NCBI GenBank assembly: GCA_030704615.1
Contig: CM060734.1
Coordinates: 58,094,001 to 58,158,000 of the forward strand
Length of the DNA: 64,000 nucleotides
Direction of reading: 5' to 3'
Source: Takakia lepidozioides
Lineage: Eukaryota > Plantae > Bryophyta
The position numbers were made by a program, and so were the translations under genes. Of the stretch, positions 13,965 to 26,769 are shown in pieces. Each line of letters starts with the position of its first letter. Within the stretch, counting starts at the first letter, position 1. The notes under the pieces are model-generated. The model was not told where the DNA came from. It made no database searches and worked only from the letters and a program-made list of their open reading frames with translations.

Positions 13965-14689
13965 TACCATTCTCCTCAGTTAGAAACTATGGCATGGGCA
14001 AGTGGTCATGGTTATCCATGATTTCCAGCAGAAGGACAAGGATGGATTGCATATCAGACCCTTCAAGGCTGCAAGATTGCCTAGTCACAAAAGTGTAGCT
14101 AGCTGAAACATATGAGGTTTTTTTTTATCTTGTATGTCAGCCATTGCATTTGAGTAAATCAATTCTTTCCCCACAGTCACTGTAGTATGATTGTTGACAA
14201 TGGTCACAGGTCTGGATCACTTGTTTAACTAAACTTCTACTTGAGAATGTGCAGAGGATGAAGCATGATTGATTAGTGAGTTTGCCCACAAAGTTACTTT
14301 GCATAGAAGGCCCTTTAATGTCAGTAGCTTGACTTTGGCGGGAAGGCAGTGCCACTGGATCTTTATCTTCACCCCTTTTCAACACCAAGTTCAGTAACCT
14401 GGGCAGCGCCAGAGGATGGGCCCATCCTACTTTTCAACAGAAATGTATGGCATGTTTGGCAAGCAACCAACTTGCTTGACTCCCACTGATGACAATGGAA
14501 GAGAGTCCGCATCCACGTCAGTTTCACCGACCCCTGTTTTCAGATCTATTGCAACAATTTTACAGATGAGAGTAAGAAGTAGCAGTGAGGAAAAGAGTTG
14601 CACCTCTGATTGTAATCTAGGTCTGGCGTTTTCATCATCTCTATTTGAATTAAGGTTGAGAGTATTAGGGTAGTTGGGGTGTTACGGCC

Positions 14690-16100
14690 ACAATTTCTCT
14701 TGCAGGGGTTGGTGGAGTAGGCTTCATCACCACGGAGGGCCTCACTGTCCCACGCACACAACTCCCGCAATCGTCAGCGCACGTCTGAAGTCACAGACAT
14801 TGCAAAAAGATGGTGCCACACTAGAGAAGAACAACTAGGAATAGTTCATCTGATTGCCCCACTGCTTGGTCAGACAAAGGGAGCACAAAGATGCCAGGCA
14901 CAGATACTCTGTGAAAGGACGGATACCATGGTGTTACAACGGGCGACTTCATCGCAGCTAGTCCATACCGCGTTGATGTCACAGGCACTACACTGTCCGC
15001 ATCCCCACTGCAAATGAGACAACTCGAGTTACACAAAATCCTCTTCGATCATGATCTCTCTCCCTCGATTCAGCTTATAAGACCCGACAGTTAAATTTCA
15101 GCTCAACTTTGACAGCTATCTATCCCCTGTCTAAGAAAATCTCTCCCATGCAAATACTAGATGGGTGTATGACTTGAGATGATTTTGCAATTCTCCAGCA
15201 GAACCTAAGCTTGCAGCAAACAGTAACGACAATTCAGTTTGCCAGACCTATTCTCTGCAAACAGAGCAATGTAGAAAATATTGCTTCATATAACCTCCAG
15301 TAACACTTTCTCAAACCATTTGACAGCCGGAAGATTCAAGCACCTGTAAACCCATATCCTTAAGTCTGCAGCAATGAGGTCCCAGTATGTGGGAAGCATT
15401 GAAAATTCCGAATCTGTCCAGTTGAGTATATTACTGTGACACAGCACCAACCACATGAAATACTGGTTAGACCCAATCACTGCTAAATTGAAGTATTGAA
15501 TTGTGCACTTCAAATATCCAAACTCACACATCATTTTCATTTACCCATAGGTAGCTCAGTTGGATGGGGCACTGAGTGCCACCCAGGTGATGATACTGTG
15601 TTCAATTGCAAGTTGCGTCCCCAATTGCAAGTTGTAGTATGTTGTTCCCTGCATCCCTCAGATATCAGTTGGTAGCCCTGGAATATTATTGTCATACGTA
15701 CCATGAACCCCTTCAAGTTGATCTTCCTCCCTTGTTATGGTGCAACATCACCTTAGCTAGCTGTGGAATATGCCCTGCCATGTCACAAGGTCCATGGATC
15801 AATAATTATCCCTAGAGAATACTCAGGTCACTACAGTCGACCAATAATTACCTAGAATACATAGTTACACACTAGAAGTGTAGATCTATAGAGTAGATCT
15901 CTATACTACAAGTGAAGTGTTCCTCCTTCCATATAGAAGAGACTTTAGCGTGATACCAGCTTCTCCAGTGATGTAGAAATCACGTGTCTTGTACTGTGGG
16001 GAGCGCTTCAACCAACCTATCAAGAAAGCATATGTGGGCGAAAGAGAAGCCCACACAGGTGGGAGATTCCAGCCATAACATGTTAACATCTGCAAAATTG
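14690..16100 (-). pseudogene. Serine carboxypeptidase-like (S10 family) pseudogene fragments
   Basis: [50 protein letters not shown] and [15 protein letters not shown] occur in order on the minus strand, with frameshifts and missing exons. Confidence 0.8.
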
Positions 16101-18645
16101 GATTCCACAAAAGATGTTCTTACTAAAGAGTATTGTATGGAGTTGATCATTAAATGCACTTCCTGTAGATAATCTGACAGTAGTTTGATTAGGGCCTGTA
16201 TTGTGCAAAAGAGTACTACTAAGATGGCATTGTCAGGCATTGGAACGCACATTTATAGAGGAGTCCAGAAACGGTCATAGAGTCCCCTATAGCACAATCA
16301 AAGAGCAGCCTATATGTAATATTCATATCTTACTCATACCATCTTCAAAAATTATGCTCCAACTTGTGGAGTGTGTGGGACAAATTTGTCGACAATCTTT
16401 GATCGATTCTGAGATTGGATTCCATTGTTATGTGCCGAAGAGCAGAGACTTGAGCTTGTACCTCGGTCATAGGGCAGGATACATAAAGAGAGAGTTTGAG
16501 GTGATAGTAGAACCTTTGCAGGTCCAAGCATATTGCTTAAGATGAGTCACGCATAGACACACGCATAGACCAGTAGGGACGGTCTATCCAAGGACGGACT
16601 TCCAGAACGACTGGCACTTGCCGGTGATTTGACCGTCTCTCATGCTAAATGAACAGAAGCCAGCATCTTTCATCCGTGTGCTTACGAATGATTTTGGCGG
16701 GCTGGCCTGTGAGCGCGGGAGGGAGAGCAACAACCGCAGCAGCGTGGCGATGGCGCTGCAGAGATGGCGGGTGCGGTTTAGGGTTTAGGGTCCACGATCG
16801 GCATGCTTCTCTGAAACCATGGAGGGGGATTCGCTGGATTAGGATGGAGGATGATTTGTTGCGCGGATTCGCTTTGGCGGTGCTTGTGAGGGTTACATTG
16901 TCGTGTGCTGCTGTACGCTCGTGCTGGCATCCAATGATTTTGCAAGGGGCGGTTCGTGGGCATCCAAGGTGAAGAGAAGACCTGAATGTTGCTAACTGTC
17001 ACCAATTCAAGGGAGGTGTAGGTAAGTGGAGCTCTGTCACATGTGAAGTGGGACATTTTTAGTCGGAGGGATCGATTCTGTAGCAGAGCTAAGTGGCGAG
17101 GGTATAGCGGAAGGGGAAATTGCTTACAGGGATAGATGGGAGCTGAAATTAATTGTTGCAGGCCAGGGGTGAGTCGCACAGGTGTGGAAAACTGAAAGTG
17201 AAAGTTCCTAACAATTTAGACCTCGTACTTTTGGGTTAGCCCATCATTGTGCTGACGGCTGGCTTGGACTTAGCCTTGGGCATGGTTTTGTGGTGTCCTG
17301 CATGTTTGTCAAGGTGCTAGCTGTGGCAGATAATCATGTTATCTTTGTTGGTCCCTCCAGATGGGGTAGGGAGGCATTCTGCAGCGTCCCCTAATTCTGT
17401 TGTTTGTTGTGACTTGCTTCATGTGGGGAGTGGTTTATCTAGCCACTCTTGTTGTTGACTTTGTCTAATTCTCCATCTGGTATGGGTCTCCGAGTCGTAA
17501 GGTTATAAGGTTTGAGGTTTCTCACTTTGTACGGTTTTATGCACAAACATCATTTCTTAACCAGATATAGAGAGAAGCTGAAAGAGGAGAGAAAATCTAA
17601 TGCTGCCGGACTTAACTATCTGGGTACATTCCGAATGTATTTAGTTGACTAAATCTGCACATGTATATTTGGCCTAAATATGGCCTGTTGGAGGGACCTC
17701 TTCTGATTCCTAGTGCCCTGATGGATGTAGGTACTCATGAAATCAACAGGAGACAAACAACACTCCATTTTTGCATCAGAGGTGTTCCAGAGTACCACTG
17801 GCATATCTAAAGTGACATCCAATCCTATGGTAAACTCCAGCTCATTATACCAGCGCAAATAAATCAGCTATCGAGTCAAGTTTTCCCAGAACCACAATGG
17901 ATTGCATGAACCAGAACCATGTGGCGGGGGGGGATGTTTTAAACCGAAAGCATTGTACCAGAAATCCAGTTGGATAGATTATCCTGCGAGGCTCGGCAAC
18001 GATAAAATTGGCCTTGCACTGCAAAATATGCTATGCTGCTATCTATTTTCCCGAATCATATCTTTGAATCAGGCACTTTCTTCAATGCGTTGCTGGAACT
18101 ATGGAATTCCAATTCATTGTAAGCACTCAAATGCTTATTGAGTTTTACTTAGTTTTTGGCTTTAGTTTAATATTATTTTACAGTTTTTTTTTTTTGGTTT
18201 TGTTTTGTTTTTGGTTTCCAAGGAAACACCAGCCCCAGCTAGTGGAGGGGAAAAATAAACCCCTTTTCTGAGCCATGGAGACATACCCATGGAGGCAGAG
18301 GGACAAACCCTAATATTATTCTATTGTTGTTTTTAGGTGAATTTTTACCAACAACAATTTGGAGCTCCTCGAATTTCCGAGGAATTAAATTCGTATATAA
18401 CAGCGCCCGCCCCACAACCCTATGACAATTCCACATTTGATTTTTCAACCCTTCTTCCGAACATAACTAGTTGGTTTGGTGGGAAGTGCCAGTACGTATA
18501 TCCAACCATACACCTAATACTCTCTGCAATGCTCCCCTCCCATTCCAATGAGTCGTTCTCTAAACATAAAAGATTTGGGCTAACTTTTCCTTCATTGCGT
18601 AGAGGTTGATTATTTCACGGAATTGCATCGTAATCAGCTTTATGA

Positions 18646-18850
18646 TTCTAGTGACCTATTCTGAGTCTGGAATATGACAGTGAAATAGGTCACTAGAACT
18701 TAGCCCTAATCTTTTATGCAAGGGAACGACTAGTGACTAGATTTCTAGTGACTATTACTGCAGGTAAGATGCCGGCGAACCTGAGGTAGGCCGAGCGTCA
18801 GTCAGCGGACATCGAACCTGCTGTAATAGTCACTAGAAAACCCGTTCCCT
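18646..18850. repeat. Two adjacent inverted repeats (fold-back / MITE-like)
   Basis: Perfect 15-bp arms at 18646-18660 and 18684-18698; 24-bp arms with one mismatch at 18742-18765 and 18816-18839. Both share a TTCTAGTGAC core. Confidence 0.7.
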
Positions 18851-21800
18851 ATTATGAAAATCTTTTTTAGTTGTATTATGTTAGAAGTATATTTATAAAA
18901 TATAAATAAAATATTCAGTTTCGTTAAACCTTCCGTTAAACCAGACTGCCCCAAATGTTTTTTAATATATGATCATCTTTTTGTATGTACAAAAAAACAA
19001 AAACAAAAACAGTAATGCACAATTAAATCACTAGGTGATACACAGCAAGATGATGGATGATGGGTCCAAAGCCATTATTGTTGGATGTTGTCCATTATAG
19101 CTTGTGTCCAGCTATGAATTGGGGGTTACTGAACTGATCGGGCACCGTGAATATTTGGGGGCTTTCCAGTCTTTGGATTTGTACAACCGAGAACAATGTT
19201 TTCTTTTTCTTAAGAACATATTCTGGTTGAAACTAATACTCCATAATCTATGCTTACTAGTGTACAAAATAATTTTATAGCCAATCAGATATATGCTATA
19301 GTGCTAATAAACTGGAAAACAAACATGGACTCTTTCTGAATCAAGTGTACCTTTAATATAGTATTTATTTATTGATTGATTAAAATCGATATTCTGGAAG
19401 CAATGTGGGACTGTGACAGGATCTGTGCAAATATCACTTACATTCAATGCTACATCACCAAGTTTTGTTGGGAGAGGTTTTTATATGTAATAGGGGCGAC
19501 ATTCGCATTAATTTCAGGTTCATGACATAAAGTAAATAACTATAACTATAACTATGATATATGATATATGCTATCTTATTATAAATCATACGATTACATT
19601 AAATATCATGCATGAATATAAAATTATCACTATATTCTTTCATTCTATTTCAAAATATAATATACAAACGCGTGATTTTACGTTTGGTGTATGCAGTAAT
19701 TATGTTACTTGTTTTTGTTGCGCAAATGAGAAAGGTGCGTCCACCACATCATAAGAATAATTTAGATTTATGTTACCATTTCTCACATACGAATTTTCAA
19801 ATGAAAGTATGTGAAATAGGAATCTACACTAAATATTGTAGATGATACAAATGATAAACGAAGTGAACAAAATTGTGTTTAAATCCTTGCAACACAAATG
19901 CATTTTTGCTTTTTTTTTTGCTTTTTTTTTTTTTTTTTTTTTTTGGCAGAAAATACCCCTTTTACAAAAAGAGAGAAAGAAATAAATCCCCCAAAGAACT
20001 ATAGAGAAAAATACACACCCAAATGTAAGGGCGAACCCATGACACAATACTAAAAAATGTGGATGTATAACAAACACTATGGAAACCAATTGAAGAACTG
20101 GTATCATATTTGTTCACCTAAATACATTCGTACTAAAGAGAGATAGAAGACTCCGGCCAGAGCTGCCCTAACTAAGAGCCACTTCACCTTGCGGCTACTG
20201 CTCCCTTTTGGGGGTAGGCCCTATATAAAGAACTCAAACAGAATTTACTTTCAACTAAAACTCACTTTAAGAATAAGAACTCAACTTAACAAAATTTAAA
20301 GCTACATGTCATTGTCAGAATCCTTATAATAATAGAAACAAACTGTCAAAAGAATCGAAAATGATATTGAGGGCCCAGCCTTGCCCAAATGCATCAAAGT
20401 TGTATATGATAAATAAATAAATAACGATAGTACAGAGTATGAGACTAATATAATAAAAATAAAACTTTCCTTAGCATACCACAAAATTATCTAGTGTCAG
20501 ACTCTGTTAGACAACTATCAACATAAAGAGATTCAACCTGGAATTATATTCTAACAATACGGATATTTAAAATAAAATAGTATTATTATATAAATTAAAA
20601 TTTTAGTATTAATTTTAAAACTACTTTAAGAAACCATTCAAACAAAACTATGTGGGAGTCTGGAGAACACTAGGAATAATGTGAGAACTTAATGCACACG
20701 TGCAATCTCTGACAACAATCTCTGACAAGACAAAGAGTGTAACTTAGGTCTACACTCGAGTCGTGGTCACACTGGGCTACATAGTGTAAACTCCACTTGA
20801 CGGGGAGTGTGCATCCACTGGGGGTTATGGCTTACCTGGAAAGAGGGTTTACATGGAGGGAGTGTAATTTTACGCATCACATTTGGTCTCGAAATTTTGA
20901 CTAATAAGTATAGAATGGGCTATGAGGAGTTTATACACAAAACACAGGGTGACACTACCTAGGGTCACACCAACCTGGGATTACACTAGCTGCAGTTACA
21001 CAAACCCACTGTTACATTAGCCCGAGTTACACTAGCCACCCATCAAAAATTAAACCCGCCTCCTCGCTGTCTACCTATACTGGCATCATTCACCGCTATT
21101 AACACCCACTTGCATTCTAATATATTTAATGGTGAATCGGGGGTACAAGGGGGTGGGGAGGATTTGACAGGGACCCCGCGGAGGCTGCCTGAAATCCTAT
21201 GAAAGAAAGTACCGTCAGATTGCACACATGCATTAAGTTCCTATGTTATTCCTATTGTTTTCCAATTATGTCAAACTATTTAAATAGTATCAATTTTTAT
21301 TTTATGTTTTCAAAAAAGGAAACCTGGGAGCGACCTTCTTGTGAAATATTGAATGGCCCATTTCATTCTGAGGTTTTGCCCTAAACAATGACAGAAGGAT
21401 ACTAAAGGCGATGAGTATGACCATGAAGACAATACGTCAGTGGATAGTTTATCTACATCAAACAAAACTCGAGACAAAAATGAAAATCTACACAAAAACC
21501 AAAAATCAAATAAAATTGAGTCAGATTCTGATGATGATGATGATGAGGATGATGATGAGGACTCCAATAATATGGCGATGAAAAAATACTAAAAAATGTA
21601 GTTTAGTGGTTATATTGAGCTAACAATTGATAAATTGATTATATGTATTATGATAGGTTCAAAGTATCAATAGAATACTATTTTTTAATGTAACATAAGG
21701 TTACTAGATCTGTTTCTTTAAATAGAATAACATATAGATATATTATTTTATTTCATATACTAATATGAAATGGGCGGAATATTATACAATATCAACCAGA

Positions 21801-22266
21801 AAAAATATTCAACTATAAATAAGCAAATAGATAAATCTATAGTTCTAAAAACATCTTACACTAGTGCATATTATTGGGGTTCCATATTATTGCGTGTAAT
21901 TTTTTAATTTATTCATTTATTTGGATTTATGTAGTGGATAAGTCAGAGTAAGAATAAATAATATAACCGGATGCATGGTTTTTATTTATTCATATTCTTA
22001 CCTGCATAAGAATTAGTTTTTGGATTTATCTTTATCATTACTCCTAATGAGCAAAATGGTTTGCATATATCCTCTGACAAATAACTGTATTTAGGAAGCA
22101 TTGTTTTTTCTTTTCTTCAATTTTCAATATTTGCTGGTGGGGCCACCTGCCTATTCTACCCAATGTCTATTTGACAATGATGTCGTGCACCTAAGCATCG
22201 TGCCACAACATACATCATTGTCCACCACACATTCTAATCACACAATCCTAGAAAGCTATGCCACAA

Positions 22267-22818
22267 TGATAAGAGATGAAAAATGAGAGAAGTGGAAGAC
22301 AATGAATTCTCTCAAGCATGAAGCAATCACACTAAGAACAAGCCCTAGTCCTTCCAAGTGAAATCCATTCTATCACATAAACTAAGTCAAGCCAAGGGCA
22401 CCTTTGCTAAAGGAATCCACCCTACAAAGCCCTCAATACACTCCTTCTCAATACCTAGAGCTATAGAGGTGAAAGAGGCTTATGGAGGCTCAACTACAAG
22501 AAGATGAGCTCTCCTCCACACTCACAAGGGGAAAACCATCATCATGTCCCAAGTGAGGTTTGACACCTCACTTGGCATATGAGACCAAATGAAGTCCCAA
22601 CACCAAAAAAAATACAAATATAAATATCCAAAATGTCCTAGTTAACTAGAAGTAGGTAATTCTAGTTACTACATCGCTGTCCAAAACCACACAACACACA
22701 TGTGCACACCACACACTAGTATACCACTAGTCCATCACTAGTCCAACCACTAGGCTACAACTAGTCAGTCACTAGGCTGCCACTATGCTGCCCACTATGG
22801 CAGTCACTAGTCCACACA
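22267..22818 (-). repeat. Related, chimeric LTR in tandem with the 3' LTR of the main element
   Basis: Starts TGATAA and ends CACA on +. Shares the motifs aagtcaagccaag, ggaatccac and gaggctcaact..aagatgagc with the main LTR; its last ~150 bp (22668-22818) nearly equal 23176-23325. Confidence 0.65.
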
Positions 22819-22819
22819 A

Positions 22820-23325
22820 TGATAAAGAAGAAGAATACAAGCACAAGCTCATGCGAGGTCACAAAGCTGAAGCATAAACTCATGCATATATAACCTCATC
22901 ACTCAAATATAAGTCAAGCCAAGTGCACCCCACGCCATGGGGAATCCACACTACGGCGCCATAGCTAGGCGCCGTGAGGCTCAACTCGAGAAAGATGAGC
23001 CTCCCGCGCTTGCCGTGAAGATAACCACTCCAGGGCCTAAATCTGCCTTGACCCTTGGATTGACACTTGGGCCAATCCTAAATGTCAATATGTAAAAGCT
23101 AGCTATTTCCTAGCTAGTTTCACACTAGTGGTAAAATAACTTGACAGCTGTCGTGCGCATACATATCGCTACACAACTACATCGCTATCCAAAACCACAC
23201 AACACATGTGCACACCACACACTAGTATACCACTAGTCCAGCCACTAGTCCAACCACTAGGCTACAACTAGTCAGTCACTAGGCTACCACTATGCTGCCC
23301 ACTATGGCAGTCACTAGTCCACACA
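22820..23325 (-). repeat. 3' LTR of the main element (TG...CA), preceded on the minus strand by a short G-run PPT
   Basis: + strand TGATAAAG...CCACACA; minus strand CTAGGGGGGCAAT (23326-23338) lies directly before it. Only 22820-23146 is shared with the other LTR copy, so the right boundary is inferred. Confidence 0.7.
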
Positions 23326-23594
23326 ATTGCCCCCCTAGCTGGTGCTTGGGTCCCTCTAAGTCCAGGTAGCCACAAGATGTGATAGTGACCATAGCCTCAC
23401 TAAGTTCTCTACCACTGTCCCTACTACACTCACACTCGATACATCAAGAGGTCGGGTGCAAGAGTTGCCCCATCGTTAGTCGCTGTCTTGCAACCTGTGA
23501 ACTTGAGCCCGGGATCTCGTGTATTGACTCCTATGAGTTTGGCCTCCCATGTCTTCTTAGTTGCCTCTAATCATGTCCACTGCCACTATCCCAA

Positions 23595-23732
23595 GCAGTA
23601 TGGACATAACCAATCTCCATCAGGAACCCTCGACTCAAGAGGTGGTGTCAAGCATCCCATATGCCAACCTCTTTAGCATCGATCACACACCAGCATGGTG
23701 GCTGCCCCTTTGGCAGACTCACAGAGCATGCA
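23595..23732 (-). pseudogene. PHD finger (Cys4-His-Cys3) at the integrase C-terminus
   Basis: Reading through the TAA at 23673 gives CMLCESAKGAATMLVCDRC*RGWHMGCLTPPLESRVPDGDWLCPYC, then LG and the stop at 23586. Confidence 0.9.
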
Positions 23733-24830
23733 CCTCAAACCTGCAGGTACCACTGCCAAGTTTGGATCAACTCTGCCATCGACATTGGAAAGGTGACATG
23801 GCGCACAATTACGCACATGGTCTTTCCAAGTCATGCCATCCCGACCCTCCAAGATCAGGATTCCTGAGGGCAACACATCTCGAACCCTCAGAATAACACG
23901 TCCTGAAGTGACATCTAGGGTCGTAGGAGCAGTGTGCTGCAAATAAACATAGTCAACAGGGCTAAACCTCTGAACCCCAGGACGATATCCTCCACCACGT
24001 ATAGTGGCATACCTCAATGTATCACGGTGTTATGCAATGGTAAGGTTCTCAAAAGCCATGGGCCTGACTTTCTTGAACAACTCTGCACGCTGATCACATA
24101 CATGTACCCACACGTCCGGATCGTCAAGGTTAAGGACTTGAGCAGTGTCCCTACGAATGGCTGCAGGCAAATCCGGCTCTCGGCCAAAGAGAAGGAAATA
24201 TGGTGAGAAGGAGGCAAGTGATGCTTGTTTGCTGAACCTGTAGCCCATGGCTAACCAAGGCACCTAAAGATCCCAATCTCCTAGGTGTCCCTTCTGCAAG
24301 CCATACTTGCGCAAACCCCTCTTCACCGTCTGAACAACTCTCTCTTCCAAGCCATCGGCCTCAGGATGATCCTGAGAAGTGGTGCGGTGGTCTATCAAGG
24401 CTTTATCACACAAAACCTGAAATTCCCCCAAGAACTCTCTCCCTTGGTCCGTGAGTACCTCAGCTGGAGCACCGAATCGGCTAAGCACACGATCCAAGAA
24501 TGCATACGCAGCCCCCTCACTAGCCTTGTCAGGCAATGGAACCAACTCAATCCACTTGGAGAAGTGCTCCACCATCACCAACACATATCTGTGGTGGCGC
24601 ATAGTCAGTGACAACGGTCCTGCGAAGTCAAGACTCCACCTGTAGCCCAACCCCATGATTGGTAAAGGATGCAACTGTGGTGTAAGGGCGTTGAATGAAG
24701 CACGCACCCTATTACACACCATGCACCTAGCCACGAACTGTTGCACCTCTGTATGCATACCACGTCACCAATACTGCCCCTGCAGTAAACTGTGAGTCGC
24801 ACTCCAAAATGCCCCAACTCCTCATGGGCA
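23733..24830 (-). pseudogene. Gypsy integrase (HHCC zinc finger, DDE core, C-terminal region)
   Basis: AHEELGHFG...CMVC; WSLDFAGPL, VLTDQGREF, HPEADGL.ER; SPYFLLFGREP; in-frame stops at 24264 and 24030. Confidence 0.92.
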
Positions 24831-25199
24831 CGCTGTGTTGGGTGAGGCACGATCCTCACCCGACCATCCTCCCACACTCGAAGCAGGTGTATCCCCTCCC
24901 ACTTGAATCTCTTGGCTCGTTGTAGGATCCGATCCCTCTCCTTGGCAGTCACAGTGTCTGTCGTATCTCCCGTGCGGAGGTAGTCCAACACAGCCAAATC
25001 CTCATGTGTATCTCTGGCACCACCTGGCTCATCACTAGCCTCAGGGTCCTTAGACACTCCATCTATAGTCATCCCTGTTGTAGGTCCAACCTGACCTCTC
25101 GATGCCAATATACACAAAAATGCAGATGCCTGCCATCCCGGCACCATCTCCTCGTCCGTCTCACCATGCCACCAAGCTCCAGTGTCATCCTGCTGGCTC

Positions 25200-26330
25200 G
25201 TGCATGGATTGCGACTCAATCCATCCGCATCCCGATTGACCAAACCCGGTCGATGCACAACTTGAAAGTCATACTCCTGGAGTATGAGTGTCCACCGTGC
25301 AAGCTTCCCTGTAAGCTTGTCTGACTCCATCAACCACTTGAGTGGCTGGTGATCCGTGACAAGAGTGAAGAGATTGCCGTATAGATAGCACCTGAAGTGT
25401 GCCACGGCCCACACCGCAGCTAAGCACTCTCCCTCATATGAGCTGTACTTAGCCTCTGCAGCATTGTTCGAGCGGCTAGCATAAGCCACTACGAACTCTT
25501 TTCCCTCATCATCCACCTATGAGAGCACCGCTCCAAGCCCCAGCATGCTCCAATCCATATGCAGCTGAAATGGACGCCCCCTGATAGGTCGTCTCAGGAT
25601 AGGCGCCGAGGTCAACCTCACCTTGAGCTCCTGAAAAGCTCGTTCATGTTCATCTTCCCACTGCCACTCCTGGTCCACCTTGGTCAGCTTGGTTAGAGCC
25701 TTTGCAATAGCACTAAATCCATTGACAAACCGTCTATAATAGTTTGCCAACCCCATGAAAGCTCGAACTCGGCTCACATCCGTGGGGCGTGGAATTTGTG
25801 CAATGGCCTCTACCTTAGTCTGATGTTCCCCCAATCCTCCAGGATATATCATGTGACCCAGATACTCAATCTGGTTGTGGAAAAACTTGCACTTCCCCGG
25901 GTGTAACTTCAATCCGTGCGCTCTCAAGCGCTCCAATACCACCTGAAGGTGTCTCTCGTGCTCCTCCACTGTGCTAAAGACCTTAGCATGCCGCATGGCA
26001 TCAAAGATCTCGTCCGGTGTGGGCATGACATACTTATCGGACTTGGTCTGACGATTTACAGGCCGGTAATCATCGCACATACGTCTCTCCGTCCAATTGC
26101 CATAGACATCCTTCTTGGCTGGCATCACTGTGACTGAAGCATACTCTCCACCAGAGAGCTCCACCAAACCTGCCTCCCAGAGATCTTGAGTCCTCATCTG
26201 AATCAAAGACCTCTCCATGTCACTGTATCTATAGGGTCTCCGAAAGATTGGCGTGTCAGTGGCTAACTCAATACGGATCTCTTGACCCTTCAGTGCTCCC
26301 AAATCCTTCAAACTGAAGGCAAAGCAATTC
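25200..26330 (-). pseudogene. Reverse transcriptase (catalytic core deleted) plus RNase H
   Basis: PIFRRPYR, RMCDDYRPVN, AKVFST joined directly to VEEHERHL, KCKFF..IEYLGH, FMGLANYYRRFV, VVAYASRS, ECLAAVWA, LVTDHQPLKWL. Confidence 0.92.
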
Positions 26331-26769
26331 GTATAAGCCCTTCGGAACCGCCGTATACGTTGTCTCTCTCCTCCGGTAACAATGGGTCCAATGTCAGGCT
26401 CCCAATTGTCCTCCGTAACTGCAACCTTCAATCTAGTGGGCTTAGAGGTAGAGGACGCGTCCAGTGGTTGCTATGTTGCAACCTCTTGAGCAGTAATCCC
26501 TACCTGCTCAGTCAGTGACAATGCCTCATCCTGCCCCATCATCTCATCCTCGAGGACTTCCTCCACCCGAGAAAAATCCCTAACCTCATCCATCACCGCC
26601 ACCTTGGCTGCCAACTCCCTCTGAACCTCGAGCACCTCCCACGTGTGCCGGGATGCCTGCACCCCGTGGTCCTCACCGGCTTACCCCCACTCACTGTCTG
26701 TACCGTCTCGGTAGGCAGAGAGACCATCGAGGGAAGTGTACTCCGCACTCTGCATTGCTCAGCCATAGC

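Noticed and set aside
16250-18150. Short ORFs suggesting another gene or TE
   Set aside because: No recognisable motifs or consistent exon structure.
20690-21045. Scattered GTGTAA/TTACAC motifs as a CRISPR-like or transposon subterminal array
   Set aside because: No fixed repeat-spacer period, and no TIR or TSD could be defined.
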